64,000 nucleotides of DNA from Selaginella moellendorffii (Eukaryota > Plantae > Lycopodiophyta): positions 990,702-1,054,701 of the forward strand of contig NW_003314301.1 of assembly GCF_000143415.4 (NCBI RefSeq), written 5' to 3'. Below are positions 1-13,050 of the stretch, piece by piece (the stretch's first letter is position 1; each line of letters begins with the position of its first letter). A model generated the notes under the pieces. The model did no database searches and was not told where the DNA came from. It saw nothing but the letters and a program-made list of their open reading frames with translations. Made by a program: the position numbers and the translations under genes.

Positions 1-975
1 CACTTATGATCATGCTTAGGAAAGATCCACTAGTGCCATGCTAAATAAGTATAGACTAGCCTATTTGCCACTCATAGCAAACTTATAGGAGGTTTACTTT
101 TTACCCACGGTACATGGTTCAACTCATGGTAACAACTAATAGGCTAACATTAATCTTGCCAACTCAAAATGTAATCTTAAGTTGCTAATATGTCTCACTC
201 ACAGGCCCAAGTGCAAACTCATGCAAATGGAACATCTTAATCCATCTTATGAACCCAAGAGCAAGCTCACACAATATGGTACAAAAGGTAATTAAAATCC
301 ATACTTAAAGAATGAATGTGAAGTTTTAGCACCCAAACATATACCACCAAATCATCGTTTCATCTCTGTGTATGCAACAAGATTAATTGCTCAATCTCAT
401 TGGATAGTACTTGCTGAGATGTATTCTCTGATACCAAATGTATTGCAAGTGGTTTTCACCTTTTATCCTATGATGATTAACCATAGGATAACTACGAAGT
501 GGAACCTATGTGCCATGTGTCATATACCACATGCCACATGCCATGTGTCCAAGGACAGTGGAGTGGAACTCAAGTTTCAGAGTCTTGTGCTGCTAAATTA
601 AGGAATAGAGCTAAACTTCTAAGCATGGAGCCAAAAAACAAAGGTACTAGAGCACAGAGTAACTCCTGAACATACAGCTTAAGGAGTAAAAGGATAGGAG
701 TATGGAATGATTTGGGACAGTTCTAGAACATCTAACATCTCAATGCCATGACCAACATGCAAAATGAAGCCAAATGGAGTTTGGCGCTATTTCAGCATAC
801 CAGTGGCTTAATGTGAGGATATAGATACTCCACTAGCTAACATGGTATGAAACTTGAGGTTAAACCTAAGCCAAATGTAGAACAAAGACAGACATACAAG
901 TGGCAAGATTATGCCTTAGATTGGTTGGCCATGCCTAACTTACCCATTATCCCTACTATACATTTGGAACCCCTC
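1..975 (-). mobile_element. Degenerate LTR retrotransposon fragment (internal remnant, PBS and LTR starting at ~438)
   Basis: CTCTGATACCA (~426-436) is the reverse complement of a tRNA-Met PBS (TGGTATCAGAG) and is followed by TGT. The same LTR-like sequence recurs at ~35412-35940 and, inverted, at ~3345-3875 and ~42124-42660. The sequence is CpG-depleted. Confidence 0.6.
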
Positions 976-2379
976 ATAACCCCCTACCCCCCCCTCCCCC
1001 CCAATCCCCACTCTGTGTGACTAGGCAAAAGTATAAGAAAGCAAAAATTAAATTATCTTGTATTCCTAATTTGACCAATGAATAATAGATTTAACAAAAT
1101 TGCTTAAACAACTTGACGAATTACCAAGTGAGATACTTAACAATATTTTACTCAAGGTATATAAAAGTTTGACTCCTGATACTTTTACTATTGTCAAAGA
1201 AGGTGTAATAATACATCTAGATTACTTTATAGGTACACAGTATTAGCAAGATTTATATTTGTGGAGTTACCTATACAAAAAAGAAAATAATACCAGGATT
1301 TTTCCTAGATAGAGAAATAGTTTACTTATCCAAACTAGATGCAAATCCTGAGTATTATAACCTGTACAGAATTTATAAAATTTTGCCTACTAGACAATTG
1401 CTAAAATTTTATGCAATCTTAAGCAAAAAAGCTATTATAAGAACTTTAACTTTAAACTTTAATGATAGTAAAGCTTGAATACCCATAGGCAGGAATATAC
1501 TTGCTAATAATTAGGCTAATAGACATTGGATCAATTCTGAATCTAGATTGATAAGCAATAAAATTTTGTGGAGTGAAAGTCTTAAAATGGACCACATCTG
1601 AGCAAAATAAATATGCTGTGAAAAATAATGTTTATTTCTTAAGAAATTTCTAGGACTTTCGTATAATAAATGTCATAAACATTTAGCCTCTAGAGGAAAA
1701 TAATCCCCATTTCAAAATTAATTGGGAAGTTAGGTGCTTACTCCTAAGAGTGATTGATCATGGGCGAGCATAATTATTAATGCCATATAATCCAAAAATC
1801 AAGAGTATGATCCCAGCTTTCACATCCACAGATATAGAGCATATCAACTACTAGGACCAGCATATCATAATGCTCGACCAGGAAAATCAAATCGTGTCAG
1901 GAACTCGACGATCTATGCCAAAGCATCGAGCTTATCACTATAAAGACCAAACTCAACAACCTATAGCAAGTTTTGGAGAATTCAAGTGTCTGAGGATAGG
2001 TAGTAGCTTTGTCATGGAGTGATGAAGAGACAAATATTTTATCTTGTGTATCTTCCTAAATAGAGTAAAAGAAGGAAGCATAAGTAAAATGGAGTTACCC
2101 CTAGACTTAAAAAAGAAAAACCCGACCTATGCAACGCTTATCATAAACAAATAATAAGTAATTAAAAATAGCTATAAAATCATGTAATATATAAGTAACA
2201 CTTAGACGTGCTGGAAAACAACCCACTCACTGTTGTATGCATTTGCATTGAATTAATCATCTTTTCTCCCACCTATAACTGTTTGTGCAAAGTAGAGTTA
2301 AAAGAATGATATATGTTTATTCTTATTCACACTTTTGTTGAGTTCTCTTCTATTCTTTTCCCATTCTTCTTATCTTTTT

Positions 2380-2870
2380 CGCTTCTCTACATTTTTGTCT
2401 CTGTTTTTTTGTCATTATTTTGCTAGTAGGGGCAAGAATGCAAGTATAGCCAAAAAAAGCTGTACTCAACAATTCCATAGCTGGAGCCTTTTGCAACATT
2501 TTAATACAATCTAGTGGAAGCAAAAGAAAAGCACATAAGGAAGGCCTCAAATTTTGATATTAACTTAGAAACATTTTAGGTCATATCTTAGAATATCAAG
2601 TATATAAATACTTTTCTATACTATGATTTTCTTATAATCAAGGTTGTAATGTTTCTTATCTCTAGAGTTTGCATAAGCTGGATCCATTAAATATCCAAAA
2701 CCATACTTTGTTACATAGCTTCACTTTTTTAAAATATAATCTCAAGCAAAGTACAGCCAACATAGAGTTCACAGGTGAGTCCAAGTCCTGCACAGCCACA
2801 ACCATCAAACACAAGGTAGAACTCAATATGTGAGTCCAAGTCCTGCACAACCATGGTCATCAAGCACAAA
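2380..2870. repeat. Old dispersed repeat (possibly a hAT-like relic); serves as an empty-site copy for the insertions at 15038 and 28768
   Basis: Collinear with 14780-15037 + 28690-28767 + 35272-35370, and partly with ~43420-43630. It reads ATATCCAAAACCATACTTTG and CATAGAGTTCACAGGTGAG without interruption. Confidence 0.7.
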
Positions 2871-3344
2871 CCAGTTGAGTCTAAGCATAATAAGGTGGTC
2901 TTAATTTTGTTAAGGACAACTCACCACCTCCGCCATGTAAATGATATAAAAACTAACCCAATCATAGCTAATGCAAAAAAATGGGAGCTCCACAAGCAAA
3001 AGAAATTAGTGATGATACCCATAAAAGTTTTCACAGTATAGGCAAGTTTGAGGAATTTCATTGCATATAAAAGAAAATATAGGATAAAATAAAATTACTA
3101 TAAGAATGCTCATATAAAAGACCTATAAAAATATATATCTTTACTTGGGAGGTTTGAAGTGTATTTTCCAGTTGAGTATGGATATATTACTCACTTCTTT
3201 CTACCATGAACTCACCTAGATAAAATCACAATAGGCTACTTGCCACACAAATCACAATCTAAAGGTCATCCCACTCATAATGCTCTATAAGTAGAATATC
3301 AATACTATCTTTCCCATTGTCCCTCTATTGGTGGAGGCTCTATT

Positions 3345-4080
3345 AGGATAGTGGGTAGTAGGACATGACTGACCAACTTAAGACATAGTCTAGTTTTTAC
3401 CTAGGTATTTATTCTTGTTTTACATTTGGCTTGAATGTAAGCCCAAGTTTTATACTATGCTAGTTAATGGAGTACTCATATCCTCACATTAGGCCATTAG
3501 TATGTTGAAATAATGTCAAACTCCATTTGGCTTTGTTTTATAAGGTAATTTTAGCATTGGGATGCTAAATGCTCTAAAATTGTTTTTATATCACTCCTTA
3601 CTTTTATCCTTTTGCTTATTGAACTATGTGCTCAAGAGTTGTTCCATGCTTCAATTTTTTCACTCCTTGACTATATGCTCAAGAGTTTGGTTTTGTCTCT
3701 TTGTTCAATGGCTCAAGGCTTTAAAACTTAAGTTTTACTCCACTACTCTTAGCCCATGTGTCCAAGGGTTTAAGTTTCACTTTGTTGCTCTTGGTCCACA
3801 TATTCAAGGGTTTAAGGGTTTTTCTATAGTAAATCACCATAAGGTAATGGGTGAAAACTACATACATTACATCACCTTAGTCCTAGAAGATAGTATTTGG
3901 GACAAAATAAAAAATATATTAAATATAGAATTGTGTTAGACTGTAAATTTGGGCTAAGAGCAATACCACTGTATTGAGGACAATTTTTACATTCTATAGA
4001 TATGCCTAATTAACAAATCTAGGCATTTGACCAACATATAAGGCATATTAATAAGAGTGTCTGAGTTATTAGTGATATTA
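3345..4080. repeat. Degenerate LTR-derived composite repeat, homologous to ~42124-42910
   Basis: Shares blocks such as AGTCCTA(G/A)AAGATAGTATTTGGGACAAAATAAAA and TATTGAGGACAATTTTTA with 42124-42910. Confidence 0.6.
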
Positions 4081-5794
4081 AAGGATTAGTGCTTAATAGT
4101 TTTTTTTATGAACTTTAGGTCATAGTGGAACAATGAACAAAGTATATAAAGTTGTTGGCTCTAAAAGACTATCATTACCTCAAACTTGGCTACAGTCTAA
4201 TTGGAAAGTATTCTTTATTGCAAAAGGACATTATTTAAAAAAACTTAAAGTTCACCAATGGATTTTATAAAAGTTTTGCCAAGGCTTCAAAGTTCTTGAG
4301 TGGAGATCATCCTTAAACAGATAAATAATATTACATAGTAACATTACCCAACCATAGGGGCAATGGAGTCTATATCTTTATTAGTTATTGTGAAGAACAC
4401 AATTTTTACCTTCTCAACCACAAAAAAGGTCTTGCCATAGAGGGGTCAAGTAATATTTTCATGACCACCAAATTCCCTGGGACGTGTTCATGTCCAATTT
4501 ATGTAGTTGCCAACCTTGCCAACAACTATTTCTATCCTTTAGTTATCGTTGTAAGAATAGTCGCCATCTTGGTGATCTTGCATGCAAGTCTCCAACCATG
4601 GCAAAGAATTGTGATGAACCAAGAAAGCTGAAGCAAATGAAGAGGAATTAAGTATTTGTGCTCTTGTGTTTTACCTTCCAAGATAGCTACCTCAACAGTG
4701 GCTGGTTCCTTCCAGCAATATTTACTTCCCAAATCTGGATGGAGGGCATCAATATTTGCACACCACCCTATATCTTATTGCATCCACCCTTTTGTCTTAG
4801 CATTTTTTAATATACATCTAAAATAGTGCAGAAGGGGAAGAAAGAGCTAAGTTTGGGACTTGAAATCTACCACCTATTGCAGAGTGACACTGAGTTGCAA
4901 CAAGAGATCTTAGCCTGGAAGTGACAACCTGAAATATGCCACATGCAAATCCTTTTGGATCATCATCACTGCCAAGAACAACTGCACAACTTCCACAAGC
5001 AATCTGGAATCTTCTTCCTAGTCCCCCATTCTATCTCTAATTTGATGTTCTAGCCCTAGCTTGATTCTAGTGTCATGATGGATTATAATAATGGCTAAAT
5101 AAAATTAAAGTTTTAAAAGCATGACATCCAACTCAGCCCAACGAATACTTGGCTATAAGACATTTCAAAAACACAATGCATTTTGGCATATTTAAATTGT
5201 TAGTTACATAGATGCCCTAGAATAGAAAATGGGTGTAATTTGTTATAGTTATTTAACTATAAAATTAAAGTTTCATAAGTTTGCTCTTTAGATCCATAAT
5301 ATTGAAGCTCCCATCTTACATGTAACCATAATAATCATGTTTGTTGACGTTGAATTAAAATATCTTAGTATACAATCAACATGATGATACATTGCTTGCT
5401 GAAATACTTCATTTACTTGAGATTATAATATAAAAATCCCAAGTCTTAACGATTGATTAGTAAAGTGACTATTTAATCCAATCTGAGAATAAAATATCAA
5501 TAACTAAAAGATTTTATAAACTAAAAAGATTTATTTTATAAAGTTAGCCTTTTAGTCTAAAGCTTTATGTTGGTAATATTCATTATGTTTCCTTGCATTC
5601 TTTGGTTTTTTATAGATAACATCTTTATACTTTTAGTATCTTCCTTTATTCAACACTCCTTTAAAGGTTTTATAAACAAAGTAAGAAAATTTAAGGGTGT
5701 AATGAATATTCATAGAATAATCTTGGAAAATTTTGGCACTGGCATTCTGTTCGATGTTCCTTCCGATCGCGATGTCCATTCTTCTTTTTTATAG

Positions 5795-6080
5795 GGGTTC
5801 GAAGTTCCACTCGATTCTTTGCTTCTTGAGCGATAAGAAGCGAAAAGCCAAGCACAAGGAGGGCGAGATGAACATGGAGGTTCTTCGCGAGTTCTTGCGA
5901 AGATCCAGGCAGAGCAATAGATGGAAGAACTTCTGAGGCCAGTTGTCGTGAGTGATTTGGGATGACAGCGACCACAGATTCTAAACGTCTTGTTTCTCAG
6001 ATACAAGGGGACTTGCAATCGCTAAGGGAGGATATCTCTAGCGTCGAGATCGAGCTGCTCAAACCGAGACAAGCTGAAGT
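5795..6080 (+). pseudogene. COP1: COP1-like coiled-coil gene fragment
   Basis: KRKAKHKEGEMNMEVLREFLRRSRQ and IQGDLQSLREDISSVE resemble plant COP1 KRKMEQEEAERNMQILLDFL...VQTDLQYIKEDINAVE. The frame is disrupted and I saw no RING or WD40 exons. Confidence 0.55.
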
Positions 6081-7532
6081 GGCGTTTTCTTTTGACTGCC
6101 CGGCTCCCGACTGTCCAGCTCAAGAGCACCTCTACAACCGTCGTGCGGTTCCTTCCGGGCAGCCTGCTTGGCCCTCGAGAGGTCCTCTCGTGAAGAAAAA
6201 TGGCTCCAGCTTATGTGGCTTTGGCAGTATATAGTGGCCAGGTTTGGTGTTCTTGCTCGCTTGCAAAACCAGCTTTCTCTTTCTTGTTTGGTTTTATCTA
6301 ACACGTTTCTCTCCTTGGTTGCAGATCATGCAGTGAAGCAGCTGGAAAGAAATGGACATTCAAACAAAGGGAGTTTGGATAATCTATTGTTCTGATGTCG
6401 ATCAAATTCCACAAGTACATAAAGCAGCTTGGGAGCCACGGTTTGTATTGTTTCCTGTAACATACAGAACGTAGTAAGCTTTGACAAGGAACCGTTGGGC
6501 TGGAATGCAAAGATGAAAATAACACTATAGGAGCTGTCAAAAGATTGGAGTACCTGCATGACAACACAAGGATTTCACATCTTACTTGGAGAACTTATTA
6601 CATAGAATTATAAACATGATAAAGAAAACAGCGTGAAACACAAACCCGAAAATCTCTGGCAAATCAACGACTTACCTCCGCGATCAGCTTCAAAACTGTA
6701 CCAGTCAGAGACAACGAGATTCCCCCAGTTTTCTCGCCCCCGGACTTGGAAAAAGACATCAAATAAACTTCCAGCCCACTTTCCTTGCAGCAAAAACCAT
6801 CCCCGCAACGCAACTTGCAAGCCCTTATGCCACAAAGTCTTGAGAAGATTCTCACATGCAAATCCTGTTCGATCCAGCTTAGACAAAACCAACGAAACGA
6901 AGAATAAAATTAAAAAGCCCACCTCCCAAGCAGCGGAGCACGACTTTCGAGCCTAGATCCCAACTCGATTCCCGCAGAAAGTCAGCTCTCTACACCGAGA
7001 CAAGGTCGCCATGGAAGCTGATGATCATGCAAGCAAGTCCTTCCTGTTTTTGTTGCTCTCGTCACCTCTCCACAATTCTAGCCCGAAAGGTAGATGCCAA
7101 GACGAGTACTTTCGAAAAAAAAGAGGAGTACTTGCCGGTACATCACCACTGCATCTTCGCCGAAGCATGATAGGCTTGTCCAGCGCGCCTAGTCAAATGG
7201 CCTGCGGTGGGCTACAAAAACTTTGTTTACTGCGGCTGCGTGGCTTGAGGTCAACTCCTTGCCGCCTCTTCATCCTCATCTCTTCAGCAAATCCAACTTG
7301 AGTTTTAGTACTTGTTTAGCTCGCTCGCAAGCTACAAAAGAAGCACATGAGTTAAGGAAAGAAACGAAAAGAAATGATCCACTACCTTTCCGGACGAACG
7401 CGTACGGGTGAGAAAAATGCCATGGGCCTCCTCTGGGAATATAAAAACACGCTCCGCCAGAAATATTAGCTAAAAGCTCCCCTTTTCTCATTTGTCTTCC
7501 TCCGCCTCTGGCAGTGGCTCCTCTGAAATATC

Positions 7533-9129
7533 ATGGCGAATGTGGTGCGAATTGCCGAGACGAGAGCGATGCTCAACGCTCTCGGCCCTCGTCCCGACTC
7601 CAAGCTCGTCGAGGATGCGCGCGAGGCACTGGACGTGATCGATGACTACTTGGCTCAGCAGCTCGAGGCACTGTCGCGAGAAGCCAAGCCGCCGAGCACC
7701 ACCGCGGAGGAATGGGAATCGATCATGGTCTGTGCTGCTGCTCTTTCTCTTGTCTTGGATCTTCCAGCTTCTAAAGCTTTGGCTTTTCGTCTTTTCTCTT
7801 TCGCTTCGTTGTCCAGGCCGAGAAGGAGAACGAAGCCATCGAAGCCGCCGAGGAGGAGAAGCTGCCTTACAAGTCGACAATTCAGCTGGACGAGCTCCAC
7901 AGGCTCTACTCGGGGATGCTCAAGAGCGCCGAGTCGTCACCATTTGCCGTGCCTGGATCCCCGATCCGGAGCCCCATGAGGCCGCTGTATATCACTGACG
8001 ACATCGACGATGATGTTGCCAGAGTCCTCCAGGACGCTTTCGATACTCGATCTGATAAGCTGCTTCTTTCGTCTCGCCGTGTTGCATGCCTGCCCGAGTC
8101 ACTGGGACGGATCAAGTCGCTGTCGCTGATCAATCTCTCCACCAATTGCCTCGAGGTAGCTTCGGTTCCATAGATCATAGATCGTTGTTTCGTGTTCATA
8201 GATGTTTGACTTTTTCTTTCTCTCGGATCCTCCTCTCCAGGCTCTTCCCGATTCGTTGTCTCAGCTCAGCAATCTGATAACGCTCGATGTCAGCTCCAAC
8301 CAGCTCACCACCCTGCCGGATTCCATCCGCTCGCTCAAAAAGCTTCGGTTTCTCAACGTTTCCGGAAACGCTCTCAAGAGCTTGCCGGATTCGCTCGCAC
8401 TGTGCTTGTAAGTCACCTTGGTTCTTCTCTGTTTTGCCTGTGCCGCGTCTCACGGCAGTGGTTTTGCTCTGTTGCAGTTCTCTGGTGGAGCTCAACGCGA
8501 GCTTCAACCAGCTGGAAAAGCTTCCCCCCAACATCGGCTCGCTCTTCAACCTCGAGAAGCTGTCCCTCCAGCTCAACAAGCTCAGCATGCTTCCGGCGTC
8601 CATTGGCGACCTGACGTCCCTCAAAGTTCTCGAGATCCACTTCAACAAGCTCGTCGCCCTGCCTTCCTCCATTGGCAACCTCAAGGACTTGGAAGTCCTC
8701 AATTGCAGCAGTAACTTCAACAGTCTGACCACTGTTCCCAGCTCGCTCGGAGATCTCTACTGCCTCAGGGAGCTCGATCTGAGTTACAACCAGATCCGGG
8801 AGCTGCCACTTTCTTTCGGACGGCTGCAGAAGCTGAGAAAGCTCAAGTTGGACCAGAATCCTCTCGTTGTGCCCCCTCCGGAGGTGGTCGATCACAGCCT
8901 TGAAGCGGTTCTCGAGTACATGGCCGAAAAGTGGCGGTCTAGTATGAAACTCGACGATGAACACGATCGTGCTGGAAGTAATACGCCGGCTCGGGTTGTG
9001 ACAAATGGCGGTTCGAGGGTCATCTCTTGGCTCGGAGGAATGTGTGCTGCCGGTACCGAATTCAGACGTCCATCAAGTAAGGTGCTCAGTTGGCATCGGT
9101 CACCAGACCGCTATCTCGAGCAACTCTAG
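7533..9129 (+). CDS. Plant intracellular Ras-group-related LRR protein (PIRL-like), multi-exon
   Basis: The N-terminal LGPRPD...VEDAR motif, the LxxLPxSIGxLxxLxxLxLxxN repeats and the NPLVVPPPEVV cap are typical of PIRLs. GT-AG introns lie at ~7728-7816, 8157-8240 and 8408-8477. The true start may be upstream (~7374). Confidence 0.85.
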
Positions 9130-9461
9130 ATTCAAATAGGAAAAGACAGAACAAAAAAAAAAAAAAAAACTCTGTGTTAGACTGAAGTTGTATATGAATG
9201 AATCAATAGAAGAAGAAACGCAGTACATACATGTACCTGTCAGTAGGCAGAGATGACCTCTCGCCCTCGGGGATAGCGATGGAGAATTCGTGCATCATAG
9301 TCAAGTGAATATGGTGCCATGCCAAACGAAAGGTGGTCCCCTAAATGCGGAAAAAAGGCTGCTCATAATTCCAAGAGAACGATAGCACCGTTTCAAAGCC
9401 AATCGACGACAACAACACCATGCTCTGGCCCAGAATGGCCAGCACACCAAAGAGCGATGTT

Positions 9462-11666
9462 TCAGTATTCCTGTAACTTGACAAAGTCAGTACAGTGATC
9501 GCGTATCGACCAGGCTAAACCTTGCGTTTTCTCTTGTTTGGGGAGCCAAGTGTTCCGTCCAGATCATCCGGATTCTCTTGCTTCATTACGTCAGACCCCA
9601 AAATCTCATGAAGTCCGTCAATTCTTGCGTTTGAAAGCTTGGGCGACCTGAGGGTGCAAGCAACGCATGTCAGCGGCCGAGAAAGTAATATTCAAACGTA
9701 CGCTTGAACACCAGGGAGGTGTAAAGACGATGCTTGCTGCTGTAAATGCTGCATAACCTGAGAGTGACTTGAAGCTTGTATTTGCTGAGGAATCCATGGC
9801 TGCTTTGTCAGTGTTGACACATACGGTTTCATTTCGAAAGTCGTATGATCCTCGGCCTGCCGTTTTGCTCGAAGAGACGGCAATTGTTTCTTTTTTAAAG
9901 GGTTCTCTAGGTACATGCTGCGCTGAAATGCTGCCAGATTCCGCGACTGTGCCTGGTTTTTGGAAATCGGCAAGAATAGTCATTCCGTGGCAGAAAAAAA
10001 AAAAAAACACCAGACTTACGTGTAACTGATGCAACTGGTTACTCATTTGCGCATCTATTTGTACTACTTGAGAAGTACGACTTTTTTCGTTCTTCAAGTA
10101 TTCTGCCAGATCTCGGAGACTGCCAGAGAGCAAAAAAAAGAGATATGAAAACGTCATCTTTAGCACGGCCAAGCAGTTTACCTTCCTCCAACATCGGAGT
10201 TTTCCCGGGCAGGATGAGAAACAAGCCTCTGAATGAACATCCTGAGCAGCTCGTCCGTGGATAGATGCTTCTGGTAACTATCAATCAGCATTCTCAGCCA
10301 GCTCCCTAGCTTTCGAATGTGCAAAGCCATCACCTCCGAGAATATCTCCATCGGTACCTGTCTTACGCCTTCGAAACCATGAGTCTCGAGAATTCTCGCA
10401 ATCGTCTGCTGGCTTAGAATCTCTGCATCTGCTGACGACACTTTAGCTTTCCTCGCTGATGTCCCTGATCTCACAAGCTGGCTGGAAAGTCCTGATAAAA
10501 CGGATGCCTCGCCACCGGCAGCAGATTCCAGGGACTGCTGAAGACTGCAAGCCCCACTCACGCATGTGGCGGGGCAAGGATTCTCCGGAACACAGCTCGA
10601 AATGGACGTCAACTCCGGAAGAATGCTGAGCTCGCCATCGAAAGATTCCTGTTCCCTTTCGTGGCCCAACGATATATCGTTCCCGGCTGTAAGGTGTTGT
10701 CTCTTTAGAGCCTTTGTGGTTAGCTTGAGAAAGGCTGCCATGCCTTCGGGTGTCCGTTTCAGTGCCTCCTGATCGGAAAACGGAAGTTTCTGCTGAGCCA
10801 GACGCCTTGCGAGACGGTTCATCCTCTCGCTAAGGTGTTTGTCAAACCATTGGTCGTACCACAAGTCACAGTCCATGCTGCTCTTTTCTGCATCGAGCTC
10901 GCGAGAGCTTCTGGAAAAAAGCTTCGACTGCTCAACGCCACGAAAACCAGGACTGCTTCGTCCCTAAACCAAAGACACTCTGCCTTAAAACGGAACCACC
11001 AAGAATGTCACAAACCTGTTTGATGGTATTGATGGCAGTCTTTCGCAGCTGTGATTTTTGCTTCCCATCCCCTACTGCAAAATGCGGGCTGCAAGAGAAC
11101 GAAAAGAAAGTCTAGCAAGCCTTGAAACAATCCCCACCTCAAAGTATCGCGGTTGTCCAATCCATACTTCAAAACAAAGAAGGGAAAACTTAAAACGAAG
11201 ACTTGTTTCTCTAGCTAAAATACCTTGGCTTGAAGAGCAGCCATGGTAGGAGCTCTCTCTGCCTGGAGTCTGACCCAGTCCGAGGCGTCGTGTTCCAGAG
11301 TGAAATAGACGCTGTCGGGCTGGAGCTGTAGGCCTGATAGGAATCAACACAGCTTATTCCCTCCAAACTCTTCGATCAATCAATCAATCAATCCGTGACA
11401 TAAAACTTACTGGCGGGGGAAGAGATCCTTGTGTCCTGGAGCTCGAGCGCCTTGTCATAGAGAAGAGCACGCACCCGGAGCTGTAAGCGCAAGCGGCCGC
11501 TGTTGCTGCCATCATTTCCTCTCATGAATGCCGACCAGGCGGAGGGCGTGGCAAGGTGCATTCGCAGCTCCGAGTAGAGGTGATCGCCCAGCCATGGCCT
11601 CCACGCCGCGATCGCCTCCAGATCGCTGGCGAGCTGGAACCCATAGTCGCCCTGTAATATCCCCAT
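9462..11666 (-). CDS. Conserved plant nuclear protein with bromodomain-associated (Bromo_TP/histone-fold-like) region, multi-exon
   Basis: The N-terminus MGILQGDYGFQLASDLEAIAAWRPWLGD...LQLRVRALLYDKA and the central IARILETHGFEG...PMEIFSEVMALHIRKLG match a conserved land-plant family (AT5G65540-like, from recall). The 3' end is approximate. Confidence 0.75.
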
Positions 11667-12117
11667 TTTAGGGTGCATGTAAACCACAATTCTAAGTATT
11701 TATTAACTTCAACTTGGCATTCTTACTATAACGGTATTATTCAAGTGTGTTTAATTATTTCTTAATGTTAGTTATTTAATATTTCTAAGAAAAAGGTTTT
11801 GTAAACATGAGGTTTCTTATACGAGTTTTCTGTGATTAAAAAAAAAACAAACCATATGCATACAGGTTTTTTAATTTGAAGAACCTTATAAAAATCTTGC
11901 TTTGAGAGGTATATAAAAATATCTTCAGAAAGGTCCTTTTAATAAAGTTGTAAAAATTAAAGAAATTTTATTTTAATAACTTTATAAAAGTAAACTTTAT
12001 AATAGTTTCTTTAAAATGGCTTTTATGTATAATGATCTTTTCTTTAGTTATATGTAAATCATGTATTTACATACACACAAAGCAATTTAAAAAATAAATT
12101 TCTAAAATATAAATAGA

Positions 12118-13050
12118 ATGCTTTATATGTTTATATGGTTATTAACAGTTAATTTAGTTTGTAATGCTCAGCCACCTCAAGCAAGATGGAGCACAGAATA
12201 TGACCATTTTTCTAATCAAGATATGTTTACATTAATAAGAAGGCTTATGTATTTAATTGAAAATATAAATCCAAATGAGTTATTACTAATCGGTCAGGGA
12301 ATTTATTATGGATATGAAGTTTCTGTTGGTCAACAAGACGTAGCAATAAGGGTTTATATTAGTCCATTTGATATAAGAAATTATTTAAATTGTAATCCAC
12401 TTCCACCTAACACTCAATTTCATTCTTCAATTGTTCGTATTATCTTTACTCAAATGTTAAGACTTCTAGAATATCATGTTTTTCAACATGCTCCAAAAAG
12501 TATGATGGTAGTATATAGATATTTTTCAATAGATTATTATGCATTTGGAAACTCTACAAGACGTCCTAAAGAAATATATCCTCATGTTGATTATCCTAAA
12601 GGCTTACCTGATGATAATAATCAACCTGGAAATATACATAATAATCTTGAATATGACAACTTGCAATGTTGGCCATATCGCACACAATTAATAAGTGGCC
12701 CTTTAAAATTTCTTGGTACACATATAATAAATAATAATGCTTTAATATCTTTAAATAATAAATTTAAAGTAAAATTAAAAAATTGTAATTTGATAGTTCA
12801 AGATCTTACAAATTATGAGACAATATGGTCTACTATGTCTTTTAGATATAATACATTTTGCTATCTTCATCTTCAAATTGATGGACATTTACTTATCATT
12901 GATGATAAAAGTAATATTATATGGAAAACTAATGTTTTTTGTCAAAATTGTTTATTATTTGCTGTTTTAACAATTGAAAATAATGGATATTTAACTGTAA
13001 AATCATATTCCAATGGCCTTAAGAAGTTAATCTGGACAAATAAACCTTAA
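12118..13050 (+). CDS. Intronless, very AT-rich predicted secreted protein with C-terminal bulb-type (B-)lectin domain
   Basis: 310-aa open frame with a hydrophobic N-terminus. C-terminal LQIDGHLLI...IIWKTN and LTIENNGYL...LIWTN resemble B-lectin QxDxNxVxY...W repeats, in degenerate form. Confidence 0.6.
   Translation: MLYMFIWLLTVNLVCNAQPPQARWSTEYDHFSNQDMFTLIRRLMYLIENINPNELLLIGQGIYYGYEVSVGQQDVAIRVYISPFDIRNYLNCNPLPPNTQFHSSIVRIIFTQMLRLLEYHVFQHAPKSMMVVYRYFSIDYYAFGNSTRRPKEIYPHVDYPKGLPDDNNQPGNIHNNLEYDNLQCWPYRTQLISGPLKFLGTHIINNNALISLNNKFKVKLKNCNLIVQDLTNYETIWSTMSFRYNTFCYLHLQIDGHLLIIDDKSNIIWKTNVFCQNCLLFAVLTIENNGYLTVKSYSNGLKKLIWTNKP

Noticed and set aside
1000-5700. Short ORFs in the AT-rich left region, and in 13250-14000 and 40000-43900
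   Set aside because: CpG-depleted, stop-riddled TE debris. The family cannot be assigned with confidence by eye.
9153-9169. Poly(A) run after the PIRL stop as evidence of a retrogene
   Set aside because: The gene retains introns and there is no TSD; it is a simple homopolymer.
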